64,000 nucleotides of DNA from Vicugna vicugna (lineage: Eukaryota). Shown here in pieces: positions 35,761 to 47,116 of the stretch. The position numbers and the translations under genes are program-made. Each line of letters starts with the position of its first letter. The first letter of the stretch is position 1. Where the stretch lies: assembly GCA_013265495.1 (NCBI GenBank), contig MU059820.1:2578948-2642947 (forward strand), read 5' to 3'. The notes beneath the pieces are model-generated. The model was not told the origin of the DNA. It made no database searches and saw only the letters and a list, made by a program, of their open reading frames with translations.

Positions 35761-38700
35761 ATTAATGGATGATACTTATCACTTTTATGGTTAAGCAAAC
35801 TCAGGATCATGTGTTTTCTAGTGGCTCCAGATTTCTGTCCACCCCGTTTCAAGTCCACTGGGACTTCAACCCCATTTCAAGTTCCCCTTCAGGCTCTAGT
35901 AAGATGCTGAATATGCTTCCTATTGTCTCTGACTAGTCAGTGAACCCAATCCCTGAATCAATTACCGTGACTGGACTTTCCACCCACGTCTGGTACCCTG
36001 ACTCAGGAACAGGGCACAGTGGTTAATGTTCAGAAAGGGATTTAATAGCAGGGCAGAAGTCAGGATGCCCCTTTGCAGAGCAGGAGGAACCCAGGGTTCT
36101 GGCATCAACTGCTTTATCTTTAGTCTGAAAGGGAAGAGGTCTAGAGAGTAGTAAATACTCAGTAAATGTTATACAACCCTCTAATTACAACCCAAGGAAG
36201 TCTGCTTCTCTCTTTGTTGAAAACAGATAGTGGTAAGAATCACCTTGCTGTAGGCTCACAGGAGGCTTTGGTAACCATAGACAATGGGTTCACTTTCCTT
36301 TGCTGTAGCAATTCTCAAAACTCAGTGATTTATTTAATTAGCTCTTTCCTGCTATTTTTTTTTCTTTTGAACTAAAGTGGAAGAAACGGAATACAGAGTC
36401 AAAAAGTTCCAGAGTCTACAAGGGAAATAAGCTTCCCAGCCTGGAAAGTACAGTAAGGCTGCAATTTAACACTGAGATCCATGAAATTGATCGCTTGTGG
36501 CAGACAAAGAACAGATCTAATTTGCAGCCTCAAGTCCCTGCGCGGTTATCACTACTTGTATTTATTTGGGGACACAAAACCCTCCAAGTGTCAGGAAGGA
36601 GAGCAGAGGGGGAAAAAGACAATATAAAGATGATAGAACTGCAGACTATGTACAACTTGAAAATCACCCACCTTAGAGATTTACTGGCCCCTTTTCAAAA
36701 CACACTGTGCTGCCTTTACCACCTAAACATGTTGATTTGCTTCCATTTTCCAACTCCTGGGTCAGTTGCTCTGTTTTACTACATTGAAGCCATTGACACT
36801 AACTCTTGTATCTTTAGCTTGTTTGTCACTTTGGATCCCCTGGGATAACTTCTCCTTTTCTTGATTTTTTTCTTTCATTTTTAACAGGTCATAAGAAATT
36901 TCCTGTTAAGCCATAAACATGTGTTGATGGAGAAGAGGCAGAGAAGTAGGGTCAGGGAACATGGAAATCTAGTCAACTCTCTTGTGCAGTTTACTTGGAT
37001 TGTCCATTCTGTTTGGACCTCAAGTTCTATATATGCCTGTGCCAGGTTGTCCCACTAATGACCCCCGAAGAATCATGCCTCTCGGTGTCCAAGCCTTTAT
37101 GTGCCTTGGATAATAGAATATGCACCTACCCTTATGGGTCTGCTAAGGAGGTTTCTGATAGAATGTTGAAATTACCAAATGCAGCTTTTTATAGCTGCAT
37201 ATAATAAGAAATTGCTCATTAATAAGAGAGAGAAGTGTTCCATTTGTAAGTAGAATTTAGGGGAGATATAAACAAGATAGAACTTGCTATTTGGAGAATA
37301 AAATTATTTCTCATCTCTTGGTTTTTCTACCAGCAAATGAATCTCAAACTAAGGACAAGTGACAGGATAAGAATCAAATGAAAGATGTGACTGTAACACC
37401 TCCAAAAGATTCAAGTGTTGCCAGGTCACTTCCTCAACAGACAAAAGGGCTTTCAAGAATCTTAAGAGCATTGTCATCCAGAAGTTCTCTGGGAGTCCCA
37501 AAGCAGAGAGTGCTCTGTCTTGAAAGCCGGGTTTAGCTTTGGGGCACAGGGTGAATCCCATCACTGTAGGAAGCTCATGGTATTTTCTAAGGGTTTTGCC
37601 AACTTGAACTAAAAGAGACGGAGTCAATTCAAAATGTGAGGAAGCTCTGGATCCCATGACTTTCTATGGGCAGGAAACAGGCTGGGAAAGCTGCTTATGT
37701 GCAAAGATGGGGCCTTTCTTATGGGAAGGAAAGGTCTCTGAGAAGGCAAAGCTAAGACCCTTGAAGAAGGGAGCCCAGGGGCATGAAGAATTGCCCGGGG
37801 GCAGAACTGGGCTATAATCATGGAACTTCCTGTCCCTAGGAGGCCCTGACAACAGTGTTTAGAATGTATTTTGAGAATTTGGAAACTATAACCAAAGCAC
37901 TGTTATTTAGATGTAGGCTTTATTTAGATTTTCTATTTGTTTTATTTTAGGTTCTTGCTATTGGTGGATTCTGGGAATTCTAGACAACCTGGCTATCTCA
38001 GGAGCAATCAATTCCTAATTATGAAATGACTAACTCAGTAGACAAAGAGAGAGTTACAAATACCTGGAGATACTCGGTAATGAACTCTATTAAAGTCATA
38101 TTGGAAACAATGAAGGTTTGGGGATGTTAGACTCATGCAGCTGCGAAGGCAGCTAGACCTTTCCTCACAATAGGGTAGTCTTCAAAAGTCTGCTTTCCTA
38201 CTTGTTTGCACACGTTTATATTCATTCTGCTTTACCTTGTTGGCCTTTGTACTTGAGAATGGATGGGAATAGGGTCCGCCTGCTGCTTCTCTTCTGCCAC
38301 CACAGTTCTTAACTCAGAGCTCAGAGTGCGATGTCAAAGGGCACGCAAACCATCACTATTAACTAATACATTCAAACAAGTGGGAATACATTATAATGAC
38401 TGAAACAATTTTAGACCATATCGATTTGAAGGAAAGTGAGGAGGAAAAAAAAACCCTACTCTTTTAGGTAACTGTTTATAAATCGAACAAAATGTGAAAT
38501 AAATTGCTGGGGAGTGAAGTGCCCAGTGGACTCAGGTTCACATCCCTGAGTGGCTTCGCCCATCCCTGGCTTTCAGGGGTCCAGAAGCTAGGACTAAGTC
38601 AGGCGCATGGCTTGCTGCAATGCATCACAGCTGGAGACCTCGGGCTCCAGGTTGTCACTGTCACAGCGGCATGGATCCTGACTGTCCAACTCCTGAAAGA

Positions 38701-39471
38701 ATCATAGAAGTATCTTTCTACATTTTTATTTCTCTTCTGATTAATGTTTTGTCTTTATACACTGACTTCACAGTCAAGGTTGTATGATACAATTTCAGAC
38801 AGTGTTAGCCATAAGTCATTGGATTTGCAGAAATGAGGAATTTTAGTTTATACTTTCTTTTCCTTGAAATGAAACAAATCATATACCATTCTCTTACCTT
38901 TAATGATATATTCTGTCAGAACAGCAAAGGAGTTAGGGTTATTAATTGGCCTGCTGAAATATTCATGGTGTTGTAGGATGAAAAACTATACTTGGGAGAT
39001 GTGTTTTTAAGCACCTCTGTTTTCCAAGTAATCAAAAAAGCAACGCAGTTTGTAAAGAAAAACACACAGATGTAAAAGAGAATTCCCTACTCCTCGGAAG
39101 CAATTGACTGCAATCTATTAAGCAATACCTTCAGGTGAAATTTAGGTGTGATTATAATGTTATATTTTTTACTGGAATAACAGGTTCCACTTTCTCCTTT
39201 CCTCCAGTCATGGCTATGGAGAACTGAGGCTCCTGGATGAGAATGTAATCAGCGTATGATGAGAAAGGGCCTTCAGGGAGCCTCCTGTGCACCAGGGGAG
39301 CAGCTGTTGACCGTGCACGTGGAGCCAGTTTCACTGTGTAAAATCCTGTATGGAAACCAACCTAGTGATTTCAGGTAAGGGAGTTATTCAAATTGCTAGA
39401 GGGTCTCCTTTTTTACTGTGTAATTAGTGTTATCCCTGAGAACAATTGTTTGCCTCAGGGTGGGGGGTATA

Positions 39472-39484
39472 TGTGTGTGTGTGC

Positions 39485-39517
<33 letters not shown>

Positions 39518-39538
39518 CGTGTGTGTACACGTGTGTGC
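39472..39538. repeat. Interrupted (GT)n microsatellite
   Basis: tgtgtgtgtgtgcttgtgtgtgtgtg... Confidence 0.9.
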
Positions 39539-40325
39539 CTGCTAGTGCTGCAATAGAGAGATGTCAATGATAGAGGCACATATGTCTGCAACTTGAGCTG
39601 AAACCACCCTAAGCCCATCCTGATAGACCCCACCCCGAGGTCTCTCCTTGGCAGCCTAAGCCCCTTCCACCAGACCATCTATGGAACTGGGAAGGCTGAG
39701 GACCAGGGCTAACATTTGGCTAGTACTGAATCTCAGGCTGAATAATTCAAATTCAGGAAATGCACTCGTGGTACTAGAAGAATTGGTGGCTTTTGGTGCT
39801 TTGTGTGTTAAGTGATCCCCTCTGGGTAGGGGTGATTCTCCAAGAGGTGGGCGGAGAGTCAAGAGGGGAAGTTTGACAAGAATTTTTGGAGTGAGGTACT
39901 TTTCTGAAGGCAAATAAGCTAGTTGAGACTCACAGCGGAGGACATTTTTGTGAGCAGACTGTAGGTGCCTTCCCTGAAAATTCTGGGAAACATCCTATGT
40001 AACACCTACCTTCCCCTTCCCCCTTCTCCCTCACATGTTGTGTTTTCATTTGTAAATCATCCCAGCCTTTCAGCGGAGAGTCATACATGCTGGCATTTCA
40101 GTGTTAGACAGATGAAGTGGCAGTTTGGTCATGGAAATATTTGCTTGCTCTATCCTTTTTTGACATCTGTGGAGGAGGAGGGAGAAGTTCCCAAATGCAG
40201 ACTGTTTTCTGGGTCCCAGAATTCTCATGGTGACAGCAGCCCAGGGGCCTTGAGGAGTGAACTTGTAGTATTGAAGGACATCTTTCAAGTGGACAGCTCA
40301 AGAAGATTCAAGACTTATCCTTCTT

Positions 40326-40414
40326 GGGGAGCATGGGTTTAGCTCAGTGGTAGAGTGTGTGCTTAGCAGGCATGAGGTTCTGGGTTCAATCCCCAATACC
40401 TCCCCCCTCCCCAA
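40326..40414 (+). mobile_element. tRNA-Ala(AGC)-derived SINE (camelid vic-1-like) with 12-bp TSD
   Basis: A box tagctcagtggtagag, anticodon loop cttagca, B box gggttcaatccc, 3' tacctcc; TSD aagacttatcct at 40310-40321 and 40415-40426. Confidence 0.85.
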
Positions 40415-40519
40415 AAGACTTATCCTACATCCCAGCCAGGACTTATGAAGACATATGAAAGAAATGATCTTTGAAAGGAGCTGAGAGTGGAAAGTAAGTT
40501 GGCGGATGTTTGGGTTAAA

Positions 40520-41087
40520 TCTAGGGTAACTAAGTCAGTCTGCTGTTGTTGCATAAGACACGAACTGATGGGGATAAATAAGTGTGTGGATCAGAAAAAA
40601 ATTTAATTGGGCATATTTACAGACTTGTGAAAATATGAGGTGTAACTGCAACATTTTATGCATATATTGTTATTACCAGTACATAATCATCATGTCAAAA
40701 TAAGAAATGGAGAGAAACGTTAAATTTGACTGTGAATTTTTTTTATTATTGAGTTAGATGGCAAAACATTGTGTGTAGTTTTTCTTTTAAATACAATGAA
40801 TATAGCTGTGCCCAGAGAATCCAATATCCATCAGTATCACCAAGCTAAGCACTCACTTAAGTGAGATGCTACCCTTTCTAAATAGAATTCCATTCTTCTC
40901 ATTAGCATATGCTTGCTGCAGAAAATTATACTCAATTATTAGTGTAATATTTTGTCAATAAAACTTGTGAAAATTTGTTTTCTCTCTTATACAAGTACCA
41001 GTACAGCATCTTTGATTTTACCTCTTAGCCCTCAAGGCACACAATACGTCTGTTTAGTTCTTTGCAGATAAAGTTTGGTGACTCCTA
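40520..41087 (+). mobile_element. Internally deleted hAT-Charlie transposon with transposase N-terminal remnant
   Basis: 40742-40855 translates FIIELDGKTLCVVFLLNTMNIAVPRESNIHQYHQAKHS, like the hAT N-terminal C2H2/BED-type finger; 3' end ctttgcagataaagtttggtgactccta resembles Charlie terminus ctttacagaaaaagtttgccgacccctg. Confidence 0.6.
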
Positions 41088-41099
41088 ACCTAAATAAAT

Positions 41100-43290
41100 C
41101 AATATCTACATCTATAGTTTGTGGATTGGAATGTTCAATATTTTAACATGTCTATGCTCATCAAATTGATCCATAGACTCCATGCAATTGTAAGTAAAAT
41201 TTCAGCAGGAGTTTTTGTAGAAATTAACTAGTTGGCAAGTCAAAGGGACTAGAACACCTAAAAAAATACTGAGAAAAAAGGGAAAAGATGGAATATGTAT
41301 ACAATCTGATTCCAAGACTTACTGTAAGGCTACAGTAATCTAGACAATGTGGAATTTCTAAGAAATGACATATACATCCATGAAACAGAATACAGAATCC
41401 TGAAATGGACCACACATTTATGGCCAATTGATTTTTGACAAAGATGCAAAGGCAGGTAAACAAAGAAAGCATAATCTTGTTAACAAATGGTCATGGGATA
41501 ACTGAATATTATTGAGCAGAGTGTCATGTGCTGGTTATCAATCCCAGGGGAGCAAGGTCTGTGCAGCAGTTACCAGTCCCAGGGGAGAACTTGAAACATA
41601 TCTAACCCATTGCACCTTGGTGTCTGAGTTGCCAAAGAAAGCACGAGGCAGTCCAGCACTGGGTGGAGCAGTGCTTTACTTCCCTAGAGAAGAGATGAGA
41701 AAGGTCAGCTGCAAAAGTGGGCATCAGTTCCCCATGGAAACGTTTGCTTGCTCTATCTTCTTTTGACATCTTTTGACAGCGAGCGAGCGAGCGAGCGGGT
41801 CTCACCTTGTGGATAACAATGGAAGTTTGGCCTGAAGGCACCCCTCTGGTGCTGCAGTGGAAGGAACCCTGCTCGCTCTCCCTGGAAGACAGATATAGCA
41901 GCGGGACTGGCCACGTGCCACATGGCACACACACTTTAAGCAAAGACAAAGAGCACTCACTGGGCCTGAAACAAGGAAAGATATTCCCACACAAGGTGGT
42001 AACCCCAATACAGGCTGTGCGGGCTTTTCAACTCTTGCTAAGGAAGTCTTCCATGTCCGAGGCCCATTCTTAGGCAGCTGAGTGGGGGAACAATTGCACT
42101 CATGAGACTGACTTTCTCAACAAATATTCATCTGTTAAAAAAAACTCCTTTATTTCAATCTTGTGCCATATACAAAAATTAACTCAGACTACAGGCATAA
42201 ATTGAAATCTCAAACTGTGAAGCTTCCAGAAGAAAACAGAAGAAAGTGTTCGTGACTTTGGATTAAGCAAAATATTTTTAAATAGGATGCCCAGAAACAT
42301 GAGCCATAAAAGAAACTATTGATCAATATTTGAATTCATTAAAATGAAAATCTTTGCCCACACTGTGGAAGTAAAAAGACAAGCCGGAGCCTGGGAAAAA
42401 TTCTTGCAAAGTGTGTATGTATGATAAAATTCTGAATCCAGAATATGTAAGAAATTCTCAAAACAATAGTAAGAAAACTAACAATTTTTTTTAAAGAAAG
42501 GGACAATTTTTAAATAGAAACTTCACCGAAGTATATATATGAATGGTAAATTCACAAAAAATAATCTCACATCATTAGTCATTACGTAAACGCAAATTAA
42601 AACTTCAGTGAGATACACCTATAAATCTATTCAAATGGAAAAAAAAGCTGAGAAAACCAAGTGGAGAAATTAAAACACTCATATATTTTTGTAGGAATGC
42701 AAAAGATACAACCAGTTTGGCAAAAGTTTTGGCCATTTTTATTAGTTAAACATATTCTCACCGTAAGACCCAGCAATCACACTAGTGGTATTTGCTCAAA
42801 AGAAACGAAAACTGATGTTCACACAAGAATCCGTATGGAGATGTTTAGAGCAGCCTTATTCATGATGGGCAAAAGCTGGGAACGATCCAAATGTCCATCA
42901 GTAGGTGAATAATAGGTAACTGTTTTCATCCACACCATTGAACACTACTTAGCAATAAAGTGGAACAACCTGTGACACGTGCAGCAACATGAATGAATCG
43001 CAAGAGTGTTGCGGTGAGAAAAGCAACGCTCAGATGGCTACGTTCCATACGTTTCCATTTATGTGACATTCTCTAAAAGGTGAAACTATGGAAACCGAAA
43101 ATGGACCAGCAATTGCCAGTGCCTGGGGGTTGGAGGGGAGATTTCCTACAAAGAGGCACCAGAGAAAATTAGGGGTAATGTAACAGTTCTATATATTGAT
43201 TTTGGCAGTTGTTACAGGACTTTGTGTTTGTCAACTAAAAAAAAATAATAATGATTTAAAATGTATGTGAATTACAACTCAGATAACCAG
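41100..43290 (+). mobile_element. Old L1 (L1M-class), ORF2 3' end plus 3' UTR, split by an LTR at 41510-42122
   Basis: ttgatttttgacaaagatgcaaagg, ccatatacaaaaattaactca, cccagcaatcacactagtggtatttgctcaaaagaaacgaaaac, tgtttagagcagccttattc; many stops and frameshifts. Confidence 0.85.
41510..42122 (-). mobile_element. ERVL solo LTR, LTR41-like, with 5-bp TSD AATAT
   Basis: Minus-strand termini TGTTGAG...CTCAATA; TSD aatat 41505-41509 and 42123-42127; host L1 resumes across it; internal gggcctcggacatggaagacttcctt and agtaaagcactgctccacccagtgct match recalled LTR41. Confidence 0.75.
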
Positions 43291-43463
43291 ACTTAAAATA
43301 AGAGGGCAAAATTAAAATATTTCCAGATAAAGAAAAGCCCTTGAAATAAATTACCGGTAGCACACCTGTGCTATAGTGCTAAAGGAAGTCCTTCAGGCTG
43401 AAAGAAAATGACACCAGATGGCAACTCAGATCTACAGGAATCAATAGAATTGGAAATAGTAAA

Positions 43464-43486
43464 TGTGTGTGTGTGTGTGTGTGTGT
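43464..43486. repeat. (TG)11 microsatellite inside L1
   Basis: Perfect tg run. Confidence 0.9.
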
Positions 43487-45271
43487 CCTTATGTATTTTA
43501 TCTTCTTAATTTATAAGACACAACTATATTTCGGGGTCTATACCACATGTATGTGTTATATATATGACTACAATAACATGAGATACTGTTTGAGCCAATA
43601 CGCTGGTTCAAAGTTTCTATGTTCTATTAGGAGTAAGTTACTATAAACTTAAGGAAGAATATTTTTATGTTAAAAATAAATATTTTAATCATGAGATTGA
43701 CAACTGAAAAGAAAAAAAGCAGAGAAATATGACTAAGATGTCATTAAAAAGATTAAAATTGTATAAGAAATATTTGTTTAGCACCAAAGAAAGCAGTAAA
43801 AGAAGAATAGGGCAGAAGAAGATGAGAGCAAATAAAAAGCTATTAGCAAATTGGGAAAATTCTATACATACTAATAATCATACTAAAAGTGAATGCAATA
43901 AATACAGAACTCCAAAGGTAGACATTGTCAGATTGAGTGAGAAAAAAAAATTAAGATCCAACTATATGCTGCCTGTACAAGATGCACATTAGATTCAAAG
44001 GTACATGTTGATTGAAAGTAAAAAGAATAGAAAAAAGCATACTATACAAACAAAATCATAAGAGGGCTTGAGTGGTTGTGTCAAACAAAATGAACTTTAA
44101 TCAATATAAGGATAAAGAGGGACATTTACCACATACAATGGGAAGAAACAACAATCGTAAGTGTTGATGTATCTGACAATGAGCTACAAAATATATGAAG
44201 CAGATACTGAGAGCATTGAAAAGAGAGAGAGACAAATCACAATTATAGTTGGCAATTTCACTATTCTCCTGTCAGTAATTGATGGAACATGTAGACAGAA
44301 AATCAGTGAGGGTATTGATCACTTGAACAGCACTGTCAACCAATTTGATCTACATGACAACTATAGAACACTTCACCAAAAAACAACAGAACACACATTC
44401 TTTCAAGCACACTCATAGAACACTCATCAGGGTAGACCAGGTGCTCAATAATAACACGGGGTCACAATTTTTAAAGAAATTTTGTATTATACAGTGATAA
44501 TCTGTGATTACAAGATAAGTTAGAAATGAAGAAGAGAAAGAGAGATCTGGGAAAGACTGAAGTGTTAGAAATAATAAATGATTATGTAAACATAGCATAC
44601 AAAATTCGTGGGATGCAGCTAGAGTAGATCTTCAGAGGAAAGTGTAGCTTTAGAAATGAAGAAAGATCCAAATCCAGTGCTTGAAGTTTCCACTTTAGGA
44701 AGCTAGAAAGGTAAGAGCAAATTAAATCAGAGTGGAAAAAAGAAAAAAAATCAGAATGGAAATCAATGAAATAAGAAATAAATAAACAACAGAAAAAATA
44801 ATATCAAAGCTGATTTAAAAAAAAGATTGATTGGGTAGGATAACCTTTAGCTCATTGATCAAAAAGAAAAAAAAGAAGAAGAAAAAATACCAACATTATC
44901 AGTACCTGGATGATGGAGATCACTACAGATCCTACAGACATTTACATAGTGATAAAAAATCATGAGCAACTTGATGTCAACAGATTTGGTCACATGTATG
45001 AAATAGATAAATTCCTTGAAAAATACACACTATCTTGATGACTCAAGAAAAAACACAAATTTGAATATTTCTGTTTAAAGTAAAATAACTGAATTAATAA
45101 TTTAAAATATCCTTAGCAAAAAATGAATATGAGTTTGGTGGTGCTTAACAGAATTTTAGCCAACTGAACCAAAAAGTAAATAAAAATAATACACCATGAC
45201 CAACTGGCTTTTATCTCAGGAAAGCAAGGTTGGTTTTAAAATCCTAAAATCAATGGATATAGTACACCGTA

Positions 45272-45779
45272 TGTGGCAGGCAGAATGATGACCTCCGCCC
45301 CCCCACTAAATATGTTCATATCCTAAATTCCTCAGACCTGTGAATCTGTTACCTTACATGGCAAGAGGGATGTTGCAAATATGATTCAGACTAAACACCT
45401 TAATGTAGAGAGATTATCCTGGATTATCTTGGTGAGTCCAGAGTAGTCTTTGGGTCCTCATAAGTGATGGAGGAAGGCAGAAGGAGAGATGACTACTGAG
45501 GAGGAGGTCTACGTGATTCCATGCGCGAAGGGCTTGACCCACTCTTACTGGCTTTTATGCTGGAGGAAGAGGGTCATCCGCCAAGGAATGTAGGAGACTC
45601 AAGAAGCTGGAAAAGGTGAAAAAAAAATAAAAAAGGACTTTCTTCTAGAGCCTCCAGAAAAGAGAGGCGTCCTTCTGACACCTTGATTTTCAAACTTCTG
45701 AACAACAGAACTGTAAGATAAGAAATTAGTGTTGTTTTAAGCTACTTAGTTTGTGGTAATTTATTACAGCAGCAACACA
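45272..45779 (+). mobile_element. MaLR solo LTR, MLT1D-like, inserted in L1 ORF2
   Basis: tgtggcaggcagaatgatg, gttaccttacatggcaagagggat, gagattatcctggattatc, ccaaggaatgtagg, ctagagcctccagaa, tttgtggtaatttattacagcagca. Confidence 0.88.
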
Positions 45780-46666
45780 TCATATTAAAGAAATAAAGAT
45801 GATAACCAGATACTCATCTCCACAGATACAGGGGAAAAAAGATTCGATAAAATTCTACACACTTTCATGTTAAAAAAAAAAAAAACTCTCAGGAAACTAG
45901 TTATAGAAGGGAACTTCCTGAGCCTGATAAAGAGCGTCTTCCAGAAGCCTACAGTCAGCATGATATTTAGTAGTGGGAGACTGAAGGTCTTCTACCCCAG
46001 ACTGGTAATGAGACAAGGGTGCCCACTTATTACTTCTCTTTGACATTATCCTGAAGGCGTCCTAACTAGTGCAATATGCAATGGAAGGCCTGCACATTGA
46101 GAGAGAAGTTTAGGTGTCCTACTTGCACAAAGCCTGATTGGGTTTGTAGAAAATCCCAAGACTATCAAAAAAATCTACCAGAACTATCAGGTACCATTAG
46201 CAAGGCTGCAGGATACTAGAGTAATAAACAGAAATCAGTTTTATCTCTACATGCTAACAACAGTAACTTGAACATAGAATCAAAACATTTTCATTGGTAA
46301 GAACATAAAAACCAAAATACTCTGAATTCAGCTTAACAAAAGATGTGCAAGACTAATACACTGAAAACTACAAACCATTGCTGGGGTAAATTTATTTTAT
46401 TTTTATTTTTATTTTCTTGTTTTAAATTTTTTATACAGTTTTGAAAGGTTACACTCCATTTACAGTTATTACAGAATATTGGCTATATTCCCTGTGGTGT
46501 ACAAGACATCCTTATAGCCTATCTTATACCCAATAGTTAGTTCCTCCCACCCCTCCACTTGTATATTTTCCCTCCTCCTTCTCCCTACTAGTAAGCACTA
46601 GTTTGTTCTTTATATCTGTGAGTCTGCTTCTTTTTTGTTATAATCACTAGTTTGTTGTATTTTTTA

Positions 46667-46905
46667 NNNNNNNNNNNNNNNNNNNNNNNNNNNNNNNNNN
46701 NNNNNNNNNNNNNNNNNNNNNNNNNNNNNNNNNNNNNNNNNNNNNNNNNNNNNNNNNNNNNNNNNNNNNNNNNNNNNNNNNNNNNNNNNNNNNNNNNNNN
46801 NNNNNNNNNNNNNNNNNNNNNNNNNNNNNNNNNNNNNNNNNNNNNNNNNNNNNNNNNNNNNNNNNNNNNNNNNNNNNNNNNNNNNNNNNNNNNNNNNNNN
46901 NNNNN
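46667..46905. other. Assembly gap (239 N)
   Basis: Run of n. Confidence 0.98.
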
Positions 46906-46925
46906 TCTTTTCGAATTAGTGTTTT

Positions 46926-47116
46926 NNNNNNNNNNNNNNNNNNNNNNNNNNNNNNNNNNNNNNNNNNNNNNNNNNNNNNNNNNNNNNNNNNNNNNNNNNN
47001 NNNNNNNNNNNNNNNNNNNNNNNNNNNNNNNNNNNNNNNNNNNNNNNNNNNNNNNNNNNNNNNNNNNNNNNNNNNNNNNNNNNNNNNNNNNNNNNNNNNN
47101 NNNNNNNNNNNNNNNN
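46926..47116. other. Assembly gap (191 N)
   Basis: Run of n. Confidence 0.98.

Noticed and set aside
40326-40402. Functional tRNA-Ala(AGC) gene
   Set aside because: Mismatches in the acceptor, anticodon and T stems, a flanking 12-bp TSD and a SINE-like tail indicate a retroposed copy
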